Counted from the stretch's first letter, positions 1 through 13,599 are shown. The stretch: DNA of 64,000 nt from the human T2T-CHM13v2.0 reference genome, Homo sapiens (GCF_009914755.1 NC_060929.1); one strand, 5' to 3'. Notes: generated by a model not told the origin, from the sequence alone. Numbers and translations: made by a program.

Positions 1-396
1 AGGCAAACAGTTATCTCTTGTTTAATAAACCTTGAATATGACTGATTTTTCTTTCCAAAAAGTAAAACTCTATGTTTCATTAAAATATGTCAAATTCCAG
101 GAAGATCTGACTGACATGGGAGTGAGATGGGCATCTATCTGTCTTTAATTTTTCTGAGCTAAAATATTTGACCATAAGCAGTGCCAAAGAGAACATCCTA
201 AATCTTACTTTGTGGAAAACTTGTGTCAATCACTATCACACAGGGCTGCCCAAGATTATGGCAGTTTGGATAAAAACACACTGCTTCTGTCTCTGTTGCT
301 TGTGAATTTCTTGGCCACTCTGTATGTTTTCTTTTTTCCTTTTATTAAATGTTCTCATGAAAAAGGCAGAGATCTGACTATATTTGTAGACTAGTG

Positions 397-710
397 CAGT
401 CATCCCTCAATTTCCCTGGGGGAGTGTTTCCAGGAACCCCATGAATACCTAAATTTATGAATACTCTCAATCCTTGTTATAAAATGGCATACTATTTGCC
501 AATAATCTTTGCACATCCTCCTGTAAACTTTAAATACTCTCCAGAATACTTATAATACCTAATACAATGTAAATGCTGTATTGTTGAGGGAATAATTCAA
601 CAAAAAAGTATGTACATATTCAGTACAGATGCAATTTTTTTCCAAATATTTTCAATCTGTACTTGGTTGAAACTATGAATGTAGAACCCACAGATTCAGA
701 CAGCCAACTG
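397..710 (+). mobile_element. MER2 (TcMar-Tigger non-autonomous DNA transposon)
   Basis: Ends CAGTCATCCCTC...CAGCCAACTG form degenerate terminal inverted repeats; internal ATAAAATGGCATACTATTTGC and TACTTATAATACCTAATACAATGTAAATGCT match recalled MER2 consensus. Confidence 0.85.
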
Positions 711-1022
711 CACTCGGTCCATGACACATTATTACAAAATTGCATTTCTGGTGTAATTTTTCTCTTCTCAAAATTTGGCCAGTGAAATTTTATTTCTGAA
801 ATTTGGCTTTAGGAAATCCTTTTTACTGTAACACCTAAGTCGCTTTCTCCAACCTGGTCTTTATTAGCAACAATTCTGATATTTTGACATCTTTTGTATG
901 CCTTTTTCTATTGGTTCCGAATTACTTTGAATTGGTTCAATTCTGTAAACACTTATTCCTTAACTTTTCAGAAAGATAAGGCAACTTTTTCTTAATAATT
1001 GTTTCAAGAGAAATGTTTCCAA

Positions 1023-1213
1023 CTCGTTAAGAGTCATTGCCACTCCCTAATCTCAAGTACCCAGGGACACAAACACTGTGGAAGGCCGCAGGGTCCTCTG
1101 CCTAGGAAAACCAGAGACCTTTGTTCACTTGTTTATCTGCTGACCTTCCCTCCACTATTGTCCTATGACCCTGCCAAATCCCCCTCTGCGAGAAACACCC
1201 AAGAATGATCAAT

Positions 1214-1241
<28 letters not shown>
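1023..1241 (+). mobile_element. SVA retrotransposon, extreme 5'-truncated (SINE-R 3' end plus poly-A)
   Basis: CTCGTTAAGAGTCA...CCCAGGGACACAAACAC...GAGAAACACCCAAGAATGATCAATAAA followed directly by a poly-A tail; near-identical to the SVA 3' end. Confidence 0.95.
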
Positions 1242-1244
<3 letters not shown>

Positions 1245-2369
1245 AATTAACATTGACATAGTATTTGAAATGGTGCTTATGGGCTTATCGATGCATATTT
1301 TTTATTTGTAATCCGATGCTGTCCCAGAATAAGTGTATTGTAATATGAATGTTAAAATTGAACAAGAGAAAGCAGGAAAATAAGTGGTATTTGGGAAATT
1401 AAAGGAAAATTGAACCAGAGTCTTTATATTCCTGAATTTAATTGGATTAATGGGAAATTTATCATTGTTCTTTCTATATTGGACTGGTTTTTAAGTGAAT
1501 CAGCTATTTTATAATTTTATGACAGATCAAAGCTGAGTTCATTTAGCCTGTTGCACTTTATACTTTAAAAATTTACATAAATTTTAAATAACTTGACCAA
1601 AAAAGTTATAATTTCATTCAGTTTGGTCAACAAACTCTCCCTTAATTAAATGCAAAATGTGCCGTGTTCAGTTAGTAGAGCAATTAAAAGTGGAAATTCA
1701 TTTAGAATACTTTGTTTCAAAGGAATATGAGAGAGATAAATTACTTGTGTTGATTAGGGAGATTTGTCACTTAAACCTCTTCAATTATTTCAACCTCTTG
1801 TACAGCAATAAATCCATGTAAATTTAGAGCTATAGAATAAAATAACAGATTGCACCTTTGCATTCCTCAAAAGGAAAAAAAAAACAAGTTAAAGGAAGGG
1901 TAAAATCTGAGAAAATTATTCAAGTAGAAGGCCCTATCAGTTGATCACAAGCTCTGTTAAATTCACAGCACTTTGCACATGTTCTCACACTGAAGATCTG
2001 CCTGATATGTAGCACCAGCTGTGTACACTTTTCTCCTAATTGCTGATTTTATCAGACCTCATTCTCATGTTCTTCACATAGCTGGTCTGTGTTGTGCTGT
2101 GTTATGAGCCATGTCAAGTTCCCTTTTGCTACTGATGCCTGTGACAGATGTTATAGGCACTTGGGGACTTTTTATAATCCCTAAAATCATACCTATCCAG
2201 GACCCTAGTATTATCAATTCATGAAAAATATCCAGTGTCAGAATTTACATTTCTAATGTATGGCTCTATTTGAAATTTTACTTTGCCATTTTGTAAAGTA
2301 GCTGAATACCTTGCGAGAATTAGCTTCCCATTTCATAGCTAGGTGATGCATACCATAGCAACAAGACAT

Positions 2370-2407
2370 GTTTATATGAATGAGTAGTTTATATGAATGA
2401 GTAGTTT
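2370..2407. repeat. 17-bp tandem duplication
   Basis: GTTTATATGAATGAGTA x2 plus GTTT. Confidence 0.9.
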
Positions 2408-2494
2408 TTATTCTGTTGCATATCTACAAATCATTAATTAAGTTACCAATAGCTTTACTGGGCTTGTAAAGGTCAATGTGTTATAGTTACCTAT

Positions 2495-2864
2495 TAATAT
2501 GGTTTGGCTGTGTCCTCACCCAAATCTCACCTTGAATTGTTCCTATAATCCCCACATGTCATGGGAGGGACCTGGTGAGAGGTAATTGATTCACGGGGGC
2601 AGTTTCCCCCATACTGTTCTCGTGATAGTAAGTTCTCATGAGATCTGATGGTTTTACAATGGGCTTCCCCATTCCCTTGGCTCTCATTCTTCTCCTTCGT
2701 GCTGCTCTGTGAAGAAGGATGTGCTTGCTTCCCCTTCTGCCATGACTGTAAGTTTTCTGAGACCTCCCCAGTCCTGCAGAACTGTGAGTCAATTATACCT
2801 CTTTCCTTTGTAAATTACCCAGCCTTGGGTATTTCTTAGAGCAGCGTGAGAATGGACTAATATA
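2495..2864 (+). mobile_element. THE1C-like MaLR solo LTR
   Basis: Starts T(A)ATATGGTTTGGCTGTGTCC, contains GAAGAAGGATGTGCTTGCTTCCCC, ends GGACTAATATA; 5-bp TSD CCTAT/ACTAT. Confidence 0.9.
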
Positions 2865-3289
2865 ACTATGAAAAGAGCTTTTAAAAATCTTATTTATTTA
2901 TGTGGCTATTTATTTATTTATTCAGTCAAAACTAGTGGTCAGTCTTTTAGTTAACATATGATTAGAGTAGGAGAAAATAGGATTCTGCCGATTGCTGAGT
3001 AGAAGTATACTAAAGTTCCAACAAATTAAAAAACATGCTGTATGATTTATAAACCAGAGCTGAGTTGGACTCAAACATCAAAAGTGTTTGAATCTCAACT
3101 ATTCTTACATTTTATAATCTTGGGAAGGTGATTTAAACCTTCTAAGGCTCACTTATGTATAAAAATAGTAGTAAAAATGTTTTTATTTCTCCATGGTATT
3201 TTTACATGGCAACGTGCCATGTAGTTTTGTTATTTTGTGTTTTGATTGAGAAGACCTCTTCCTTCTCCCCTTCCAAAGACAGAGAGTGG

Positions 3290-3950
3290 GAGTCAAGTAG
3301 AAGAGTGTGTGTCAAAGACTTTTAAGAGGTCAAGTGAGGTGAGGACCGAACAGGTCTTATTGGCTTTAGTAGCATGGAAGCCAGTGGTGACCTCAGTAAC
3401 ATGGAGGGCAATGGTAATTTCAGCAGTAGGGCTAAAAGATGGAGTGAATGAGAATTGAGAAATTTGAGACAATTGGTACAGATAACTCTTTTGAGGAGCT
3501 GGCAGTGTAGGGAAGGGATAATTAGAAAGGTAAGTGGACAGGAACATAATTCCAAGGTCAGTGGTTTTCATTATTATTGTAATTATTGTAGTGGTGTGGT
3601 TTTGTTTAACGACAGAATATTTTTAAATGTCAATAGGAATGACCAACACAGAAAGGATCAGTATGCAGGAGAGACAGGAAATAATCAATACCATGTGACT
3701 TCTGAGAAGGCATACACTGTAATAGAACATTTGTGGAGAAACAGGCCTCTATTCAGAAGGATGGAAGAGAAGTTGAGTGTAGACTCAGGTAGGCTTGTAG
3801 ATCTGGTAGCCTAACTTTAAAGTAATTTTATAGAATGGCCTATTTTCTTTGTGAAGTAGGAGGCAGGTCATCTGCTAAGAGCCTGATGTCGAGGAAGCAG
3901 GAGAGGTGAGGTTGGAGGTCTTAAGGCTGTGGCTATTTGTGATTCAGGAA
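3290..3950 (-). mobile_element. L2 (LINE-2) ORF2 fragment
   Basis: Minus ORF 3293-3571 contains ..TEVTTGFHATKANKTCSVLTSLDLLKVFDT, resembling the L2/CR1 RT motif KVTNDL..AK..G..SVLILLDLSAAFDT; boundaries approximate. Confidence 0.75.
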
Positions 3951-4506
3951 ATTAGAATAATCAGTTTAGTTGATTTTCATGCTAATAACCCCTAATATGT
4001 GTAACACCTTATTTTTAAATAAATGTTTTCACATGCATTGTCTAATGTACAAAAAATTACTATTTTCGTCTTTTTAGACATTCAAAATATCTCTAAAATT
4101 ATCACATGCTACACAAATACGTGACCTATTCTCTTTGCTAGGGGATATGATTTTTGTTTTAAAGTGTTCCTTGTTCATTTATAGTTTAATATTAATGCCA
4201 ATAAAACTAATATTAAGTTTAATACTTTGACAAAATTCTAAGCCCTTTACATTTATGTTCTCTTTTAATGTTCACATCACCCCAATCAAGTTTAGACAAT
4301 TATCATATCCTCTTAGCAGATGAGAAACAGAATCAATGAAAGAGGTTACCTTATGTGTGAAGCCCAATAAGCACAGTGAACAAAAGCTATGAATTTCCTG
4401 ACGTTTTCAATTATTTGAATTGAAAAACATTTCAATTATTTGATCCAACAGTAGATCAAATAAGTCTGTGTTGAATTTGGGACATAGTGAGACAAGAAGA
4501 ATATTG

Positions 4507-4823
<317 letters not shown>

Positions 4824-5749
4824 TGAATATGAACTTTTTAAAACAACTATTTGTGCTAATAAGGACATGTTTCAAAATACCACTTGATATGTCTATAATA
4901 TTCAAATAATCAGCTCCATAACTTTGGGGGTACCGATATTGTTCAGTCTTTTTCGGTGTACCAATATAGTTCAGTCTTTTTTACTATTTCCAATTAGTTA
5001 CCCAAATGTACCTAGATAGTCTATTGACAGAAAATACAATCTCCAACCCCCCACCAAACCTTGCATCTGCCCTTAAGATCTTTTCATCTTCCCTTGTATG
5101 CCCATGAATCCTGGGAACTCACCCATTTTGCAGTATAGGAAGGGACCACTACTACTTCAGACACCAAGGGGAGGGACAGCTAGCACATGCCCAGAGCACT
5201 GTTGTCACTGATTTCACTGCCTCATGGTAAATCAAGTGAGCTTTTTTTGTCCTGGTGGTGGACCATCCACTTTTGACTTCTCTTGCCTCAGGGAGGTTCC
5301 TGTTTGTCTGAATTGCCAACCAGGTCACCACACAGTAACACAGTGGGGACCAAGTTGACTATTCATTTTTGTATACTTAGTTTTTCTTTTATTTCCTTTA
5401 AACACTGATTTTAATGATTCTTTCTCTGGCTCTCCTCTAACCCTATAACACTCCAACTCTCCAGTTCTCTAAATCAAGGTGATTAATTAATCATTCCCTA
5501 AATACTTAGTGGGCATTTATTATGTGCCAGGCACTGTGATAAGCCCTGGGAATAAAATAATAAATATAAGATAAAAAAAACCCCCAAATTCCCAGATATA
5601 TGCCTGATCTTAATGCCCACTCAAAGGCAGGAGATGACACATGGGTGTGAATGCCTGGAAGCAGGGATTATTGAGGCCCTTCTCAAAGCTGCCTGCCATA
5701 GTCACCTCATATAGCTCTAGCTAAACAGGCCTTATTATGATTTGGCCTC

Positions 5750-6207
5750 TGCATTCACGTCCTAAGTGTGCACTAACAAATTACCACAAATTGAGTGGCT
5801 CAAAACAACAGAAATTTCTTCTCTCATGGTTCTGAAAGCCCAAACTCTGATATCTAGGTGTCTACAAGTTTAGATCCTTCTGGGGACTCTGAGGGATGAT
5901 ATATCTTACACTTCTCTCTTCGCTTCTGTTGGCTGCAAGAAAACTTTGGCATTCCTTGGCTTGAAGGTTACAGCACTCCAGTCTCTGCCTCCATCTTCAC
6001 ATCACCTTCTCTTCTGTAGAGTCTCTGTCTTCGCCTTTGTGTTTCTTATTACAACATGTGTCATTTTTCAGGCCCACCTTGTTAATCCACGATAATCTTA
6101 TCTAAAGATTCTTAACTTCAGAATATCTGCAAAGACTCCAAATAAGATCACATTCACAGGCTCTAAGTGGACATATCTTTTGGAGGGCCACCATTCAACC
6201 CTCTGTA
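5750..6207 (-). mobile_element. MLT1C-like MaLR solo LTR inserted in an L2
   Basis: TAACAAATTACCACAAATTGAGTGGCTCAAAACAACAGAAATTT...GGGCCACCATTCAACCC; perfect 5-bp TSD GCCTC at 5745-5749 and 6208-6212. Confidence 0.85.
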
Positions 6208-6212
6208 GCCTC

Positions 6213-6660
6213 ACCATGCCATAATTACACTCTCTGTATTTCCACCAGGTTGCCCTTCCCTCTATTCCTCAGAAGGGCCTCATTTTTTTCTACCTCAGAG
6301 TTTTTGCACATGTTGTTTCTTCTTTATCATTTTTACCCTTTGCTGGGCTAGCTTTTATACACCTTTTCCATTTCACCTTAAAGAGCACTTCCCTGAGTCA
6401 GCTTTCTCTGATTATCCTTGAATCACTGCATCTCTGCAGCCGACATTAGATTAGAAGTCCATGTACACATCCTCGTAGCATCATGCACCTTTTTTCTAGC
6501 ACTTAATACAATTATAATTTAATAATAATTACTGTAAAAATCATTATTATGAGTATTTGCATTAGATTGTGATTTTCATGACCACAGAGGACCCTTGATC
6601 TCACTAGTATACTAGTACAGCGCTTGGTAGTGAGAGCACAATAATAATTTTGATGTTAAA
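6213..6660 (+). mobile_element. L2 3' region fragment
   Basis: TTTGCACATGTTGTTTCTTC, TAGCACTTAATACAATT and ATTAGATTGTGA motifs typical of the L2 3' end; diverged. Confidence 0.55.
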
Positions 6661-7712
6661 ATTTGCTGGGCAGTGGATGGGTGGGCAATACTGACTTGAA
6701 GGTTTGGGGATAAGATGGATATTTGTGTATTGCTACCTGATGCAGCTCAGCTGGTTGCAGTTTTCTTTGTTCATCTAGTATTTCTCACAGATGATTTGTG
6801 CATAAGCAAATGAAAAATCTGTTATGATTAAATTGTTCCCTAATATATCAATCATGTTAGAACAAATTTGCATTTTCTAAATAAGCATTATGGTGGAACT
6901 GACAGTACAATTTAATCATATGTTTGCTGATGTTTGGTTTCAATGGATAATATTGGAGAGCTAGCAGTTCTATGTAATGGCAAACAAGTTTTGTACTTAC
7001 CGATAACACCACACATCTAGGCTTGACAGTGATAACTTCCCCATATGTTATTTGCAGAAAGTTTAAAGTTGAAGGGTAGTGAGTTGTTGTTGTAAGAAAG
7101 AAGGAGAAAAAACGGCTCAAAGAAGAGTTGATGGCTGGGAAGGCAGTGGTCAGTTATATGGCAAAAAGCTTTCACATGACTCTAACTTGGCGTCTGGGAA
7201 AACAAAGCAAGGAGGTTCACAATAAATCATTTATATGCACTAGATTGGCAAAATTAAGAGATCTGATGATAACAGTGTCTCCAATATTATATATGAAACT
7301 CTCTTTATACTTTTAGATAGAATGCTGATACACATAAGAATTTTGGAAAACAAAATTAGCATCTCACACAATAAAATATATGCACATGATAAGGTCCAAC
7401 AATTTCTCTTCTGAAGTAGAGAAAATGTGGGCTTTGTAAACTCATTGATACCTTGTCTTTCTTTTTATAGACTGATTTTCCTAGTCTTTGAAAGAGTTTA
7501 CTAAAGATTGAAATTATTCGTTCATTGGATATACAGTATTACTTAATAGTAAACCATCCTGGCCTGATGTTTTTAAGATAATGTTTTAATTATTAATTTC
7601 TTTAATTAAATATAGGTTATAGGTCCAATCAAGATTTTTATTTTTTAGTGAACCACTTTTGGTAAGATATGTTTTTCTGGGGTTGTGTTCATTTAAGCTT
7701 TCAATTTAGTCC

Positions 7713-8503
7713 TGTTTTGAGAGACCCCAGCTAAATTGGGGTTCCAGTATCAAGAGCTGATAGTAACCTTGCCTTTTTGAAAATGAAGGATTGCTGGATG
7801 TGGGTGTTTATAGTGTGCCTTCTATGGATACTTCTTTTACCTGACTGGTGGCCTAATGCCTAGTTATTCAACCTATGACATAGGAGGTCTCTCACATGGA
7901 AAACTTGGTTGTACTGGCAGGTGTGTGGCTCTTATCTGACCTATGTCTAGAGTATGCCTGCCTGACCATACCTCTGATGCTGGGAACCCTGTGCTCTCCC
8001 CAGCACCCCAGCGAAAACTTGGTTTGGAGCAGCCATTAGTTCTTTAGGTGGAAGGTGCAGATTCAATACACTACCATGATAGGAACCAAGTTAAAATATT
8101 TTTACTTAAAGATCCTGGACAGGAAAGGCACAATGAGGAGGGAGGGTGGCCTTCCATTCTCGGGTCCTGCCAGCAGGAAGGAAGAGTCAGGCAGAGAGAG
8201 ATTGAGCATGGGTGGCAACTAGCAGTATACTTGAGGGAATAAGATATGGGTCACTTTAGGCTCACAGGCAAATTCCTGTGTGGCTTGTTTAAAGGAAGAA
8301 GTGGGAAAGCGGGGAGCCCAGTCTGCTAGGTGAGGGAGATGCCCCTAAATTCTTATCTCTGCCTTCTGGCTTGAACCATTTAGGTTTGGTGTAGAACTGG
8401 AAACTGTGCCAATGGTGACTGAGCCCTACTTTTGGTATAAAATAGTTAAATATGTCTTCAAAATGGATGCCAAGGCAATATAAGATTATAAGAATTCACT
8501 ACA
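7713..8503 (-). mobile_element. MER54-family ERVL solo LTR (~790 bp, MER54B-like)
   Basis: Reverse strand begins TGTAGTGAATTCTTATAATCTTATATTGCCTTGGCATCCATTTTGAA; TG...CA ends; TSD AGTCC/AGCCC. Confidence 0.8.
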
Positions 8504-8940
8504 AGCCCCCTTCGACGACTGTGGCTTAATAGGGCAGACTCAAGCTCAGCTCTCTGGTTTTATAGAGACCCAAGGAGTTTCAGTTCCTATTACCTGATAT
8601 TGGCATTTGCCTCCAAGACCACTTATTTGCTTATCATTCAAGTTTGAGTCCACTTTTCCTTTGTGGGTTTTTGTTAGTTTTGTTGTTATTGTTTGGTTTA
8701 GGAGATTCTCTTGTATTCTCTTTTGTTCAACATTGTATTAAAAAATATATTTACTGAAAATTATGTAGAATATAGTTGTAATATACTAGTAGGACTTTAA
8801 AAGCTCAGGCCAAAGCAAATGTTATCTCACTCTGTTTTTCAGAAAAATTTGAGTTCCCAAATGTCATTAGATTTCAGGCAGCCATATAGCTACCTGAGTG
8901 ATATTTACCTTGTAAGTTGGAACACTGCAAAGCTTCTTAT

Positions 8941-9124
8941 TACACTTAGCATTGTATCCTTAAGGTTCATCCGTGTGGTAGCATGTGTCAGAATTGCCTT
9001 CCGTTTCAAGGCTGAATAATATTCCCTCCTATGTATGTACACATTTTGTTTATTCATCTATCCATAGACACTTGGTTCCTTTCACCTTATGCTATTGTAA
9101 CTAATGCTGCTGTGAATATGGGCG
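8941..9124 (-). mobile_element. L1MB-type 3' fragment
   Basis: AAGGTTCATCCGTGTGGTAGCATGTGTCAGAATTGCCTTCCGTTTCAAGGCTGAATAATATTCC typical of antisense L1MB. Confidence 0.75.
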
Positions 9125-10039
9125 TTGCCTTTGTTTTTAAAATGTCTTAAGACACTAGTGTCTGGCTGTAAAGTTGTCATATTCACTCTGGACTTCTGAT
9201 CAGTTTTGGGAAAATACTAGGTTTTATTTCATAGTGGGTTCTCCACTGCTCAGATCTCTTAATAATCAAATTGCCAGTTGAAACCTTCATCAGCAATATT
9301 ATGCCTACATCATCTTCTTTGCTGTATGACTGTTTACTTCACTCCAAAGTTTATATCATTGTTCTTTAATGAGGTAAAAAAATTCTTGTAGAGTTTGCAC
9401 TATGTTATGTTAATAGAGAATAGAATCATAAAATATTTAAGCTAGAAGAAATTTTAGTGATAATGCCAAGTTTTCATTTCAAAGCTTATTAGGAACTAAA
9501 GAATCAAATGATGGTCAAAAATCACAGCTGTGATTTGAACATGAGACTGTTGAGTTCTAGTCTATTTACTTTGCCATGTTGCCACAAAAGTCACGTTTCT
9601 CAGTATCAGTTTCCATTTTTTAACTACAAAGTAAATTTTAAAAGATTAATGAGTAAGCAGACTGTGAATATCACTGGGATATAATCTGAAAAGTATTTGT
9701 GAATCAGTCTATGGATTCACCTTACTTGGATCGTTTTCCATTTTTATAAACTGAGTACTTCAACAATATGGTTAATTGAGGCCTACATGAATAATGTAAG
9801 GCACAACTTTAACCTCATCTTGAAAAGTGCCAGAATCACAAATGATATTGATTTTTATTGCCTAATTTGTGCCACTTACAAAATGAGTATTTTGGTTTTA
9901 GAGATTTATTCTTAATCACATGAGTTTCCATATATTTGCTACATTCATATCATTTAAACATCAAAAAAATAAAAGTAAGTGGTCTATGTCCCACCACATA
10001 CATCCTAAATGATGTATCTTGGGATGTTATTATATTTAA

Positions 10040-10347
10040 TATCAATATGAAATGACCTTTCTTATTTTTTTTACATACTTTCTGTTGTACAGATGTAACA
10101 TTATATATTTAACCAGTGCCTTTTTGATGAACATTTAGATTATAGTCTGTTGCTATAAAAAAGTACTACTATAAATACTTTGTGTCAACATCATTTGCAT
10201 ATATTTGCAAATAAATATATCTATAAGGTAAATGTCTGGAAGTTGAAATTCTAGGTCAAAACATGTATTACAGCTTTGATAGACAATGCCAAATAATCTT
10301 ACATAAAATTGTTTTATTTCTGCTAATTTATACTTCCATCAACAATA
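10040..10347 (-). mobile_element. L1ME-type fragment
   Basis: GATGAACATTTAGATT...GAAATTCTAGGTCAAA...TTTGATAGACAATGCCAAAT...AATTTATACTTCCATCAACA. Confidence 0.65.
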
Positions 10348-11756
10348 AACAAAATATGTCTGTTGAACACAAAATGAAAATGGCAAGACCATGTCTCTTC
10401 GAACAATATTTATTGCGGCTGCAGGTACCCAGTTGCTCATGAAAATCTGAGACAGGGATTGAGCAAGGCTGACCATCGGATTCTGATACCAGAATCCCCA
10501 CCTTTTGAGCTTGGGGTTTTTAAGCAATATAACTGAAAAAGTGTCAGCTCTTCTCCAGCCACATTCAAGACCTTGCATCCAAGCCTCGTGTCATAACAAC
10601 AGTATGATGTGCCAGAGCTTGGTCTCCATCTCTTTTTTGCAACCTCAGCATTTATTGATTGGGGCCTTTCCACTTGTACAATTAGGGGAATAGGGTTTGA
10701 GACTTGTGGTCACAGCTCAAAAGAACTTGTGGTCTGCGCTGCCACCTCAGCATTTACTAGGATTGATTGTCTCAAACAATGACTGGTTTCCACAGAATTT
10801 TGCAGAAGGCCAGCCTGCAGGAAATTGACTGGGACCTGTTAATCCTTACCTCTTGGTCTCTCTCCCCATAGCCTCATCAGTACTGATGGTTGACCTGACT
10901 CACTAACACTGAAGCTTTTGCCCATCCATTTACACTTCATCTTTTGATAGCCTATAGTGGAACATCAGTGTTCTAGCTCTGGCCCAAATACAGGCCATCT
11001 GACTGCATCCATGTGAGCCCTCTACAGTAGGTAATTTGAATAGCAGTTGAATTATTCAATAACAAAATTAATATTGGAATGGTGGAAACATGCTTTATTA
11101 AGAGCAGATTTTCCACAATACTTAGATTCCCAGGATACTTTTTTATCTTAACTTCACTTTTTCCTTAGTAGGCTAATAGATGGATTACCACTTATCATCA
11201 ATTATTCACTAGTTTTGTGAATAAGTATATAGAATCAACAGAATTGGCCTCTTGTCTTCATTTGATGGAGAATAGTATGGAGACAGCTCATGCATGAAAA
11301 GAAGGCAAAATCTAAATAAGTCTCATTCACAGTTCCAGACCCTCCAAATTTTATCAAGGTTAAAAGGAGGCCTATATGAGTTGGTAATTTAATCCAGAGG
11401 GATAAAAATGAGAAATGAGAATAGCAATAGTGGATTTTTTTTTTTTTTGGATAAAAGGTTAAAAAAAGAGGACTTGTGGAAAGACTGTTGTTGTTTTCAC
11501 CTTTCCCATTTTATGTTTGGAGATCTCTATAAGATGCAGATACTGGATTCTCATTTCCTCATATCACCATAGGTTATTCTGAGGCCCAAAGTTTCTGATC
11601 CATCCTTGTGCCACTGGAGAAAGAATGGCAGAATGGCATAGCAACATCTTCCCTCTCTCCACTGCTTTCCTATGGAGCCAAGGCTGGGAAGGCAGGATAT
11701 CCTGGTGTCCCATGACTATCGACTAGACAAAAAGAAGGACAAACATTAGCCATATA

Positions 11757-11900
11757 ACCTCCTGAGTAGCTGAGACCATGGGCGTATACCACCATGCCTT
11801 GCTAATTTTCATATCCTTTCTTAAAGAATGGGGTCTTGCTATGTTGCCCGTAATTCCTAACCTTAACTGATCCTCCTGCCTTGGCCTCCCAAAAGTCCTA
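11757..11900 (-). mobile_element. AluJ fragment (internally deleted)
   Basis: CCTCCTGAGTAGCTGAGACC...GGGGTCTTGCTATGTTGCCC...TGATCCTCCTGCCTTGGCCTCCCAAA. Confidence 0.8.
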
Positions 11901-12425
11901 TAGGCCATTATAGATAAAGGACAAGCATTAGCAGATTTAACATGCTGTATGAAGAACCTGCCTTAGTGATACTCCAAGAGAACATCTGCAGGTACAGGGA
12001 AGGAATCAGCTCTGTCCTGGAATAACCCTGCAATTAGGAAGTTGAGAAGAAAATGCCAAATGGGCCCTTGAAGACCATCTGCTGTACACTGTGAAAGGGC
12101 TGCAGCAGATGCTGTCTAGGTCAGGAGATAATGCAAGACTGATGTTTGCACATAGCTGAGTAGTGATATTGATAATACATTCTGTATACAACTCTCAGAG
12201 CTTTGACCACATAATGCTTACCAAAGAAAACAGAAAAGTGTAATCCAATACATTTTTCAACCAGTCAAGTAGACTTACATAAACATTGTAACTTAAAAAA
12301 AAGTTATTCTAAGTAGATGATATTTCAATATTAAATATTTTTTAAGTTTAATATTGGAATATGAACTCTGATGAATGAAAGCTATTCATTAAAATTCAGT
12401 TGACTATTTCTATTCAGTTGAGGAG

Positions 12426-12976
12426 TGTGATGGTTAATTTTGTATGTCAACTTGAGTAGACCATGGAGTACCTAGATGTTTGGTTAAGCATTGTTTCTCA
12501 GTGTGACTCTCAGGGTGTTTCTGGATGCACTTAACATTTGAATTGGTAGACTAAGTAAAACAGATCCCTCCCCAGTGTGGGTGAGACTCATCTAATCCCC
12601 AGAAGGCCTTAATAGGATAAAGGGCTGAATAAGAATTCTCTCTCTCTGCCAGATATTCTTCAAGTTTAAATACTGATCTTCTCCTGCTTTTTCACTCAGA
12701 GTTGGGCAGGAACTTAAAACATCAGCTCTCCCAGTTTTCGGGCATTTGGACTAGAACTGGAAATATACTATTGGCTCTCTTGGCTCCCCAGCTTGCCAAC
12801 TTCAAATCTTGGACTTGGCTTCCATAATTATGTGAGCCAATTACTTACAGTAAATCTGTATCTTTTTTTTTTCTGTCTCTCTTCACACACACGTGTGTGT
12901 GTATATACATATTTATGCCATAAACTATATCCATATCATATTGGTTCTGTTTCTGTGGAGAACCCAGACTAAAATA
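12426..12976 (+). mobile_element. MLT2B-type ERVL solo LTR
   Basis: Starts TGTGATGGTTAATTTTGTATGTCAACTTGA, ends TATTGGTTCTGTTTCTGTGGAGAACCCAGACTAAAATA; TSD AGGAG/AAGAG. Confidence 0.88.
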
Positions 12977-13599
12977 AAGAGCGATATTATACTGCTTTCA
13001 TTTTCTAGCAGTTATTTTATTTTAGAAAGCCAGAAACATATGAGGTAAATGACTTGTTTTCTGTTCACACCGTATATTGGCTTCTGGTTTACATGGTTTT
13101 TTAAAAAATTTAAGTTATAGAAGGCCAAATATCTATTTCAACATAGAAATAACAATGTACTGAGTTCTATGAATGCAAGATCTTTATATTTGCAAATAAG
13201 TGTTTTGACTGTCAGCAGTTATGAGGGCTTAAGGCAAGAAATAAATCTAGAAAGAGCCATATTTCTCTGCTGAATTCTTATAAATATTATTTTAACTTTG
13301 AATGCCATGAGTAATGCATAATTCTATGTACATGAAATTGTATTTTTTTATTTATAAGAGAGCTTAAATATCTCCACATCATAAACCATTAATTTTTTCT
13401 CTTTGGTATAGCATATTCTAGAAATTCTCTGCTATATTGATATAGAGGTTGGATTTATGCATTCCATGGAAGTATTTCTGGCTTCTTTATGATAAGTTAT
13501 AGGGCCTTTCATGATCATTTAATTATTGCTCTTTTCCTTAAACCAATTTACAATTCCATGGGGATTTACAGTTTATAAAAACTTTTAAAATGTGTAATT

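Noticed and set aside
999-1208. 69-aa ORF (..QGHKHCGRPQGPLPRKTRDL..)
   Set aside because: Translation of the SVA SINE-R 3' end; a common spurious peptide
2583-2593. DUX4 site in the THE1C LTR
   Set aside because: Consensus TAATTGAATCA is mutated to TAATTGATTCA here
5480-6616. 14-bp palindromes TGATTAATTAATCA (5480) and ACTAGTATACTAGT (6603)
   Set aside because: Short AT-rich palindromes expected by chance in 64 kb; both adjoin L2 remnants
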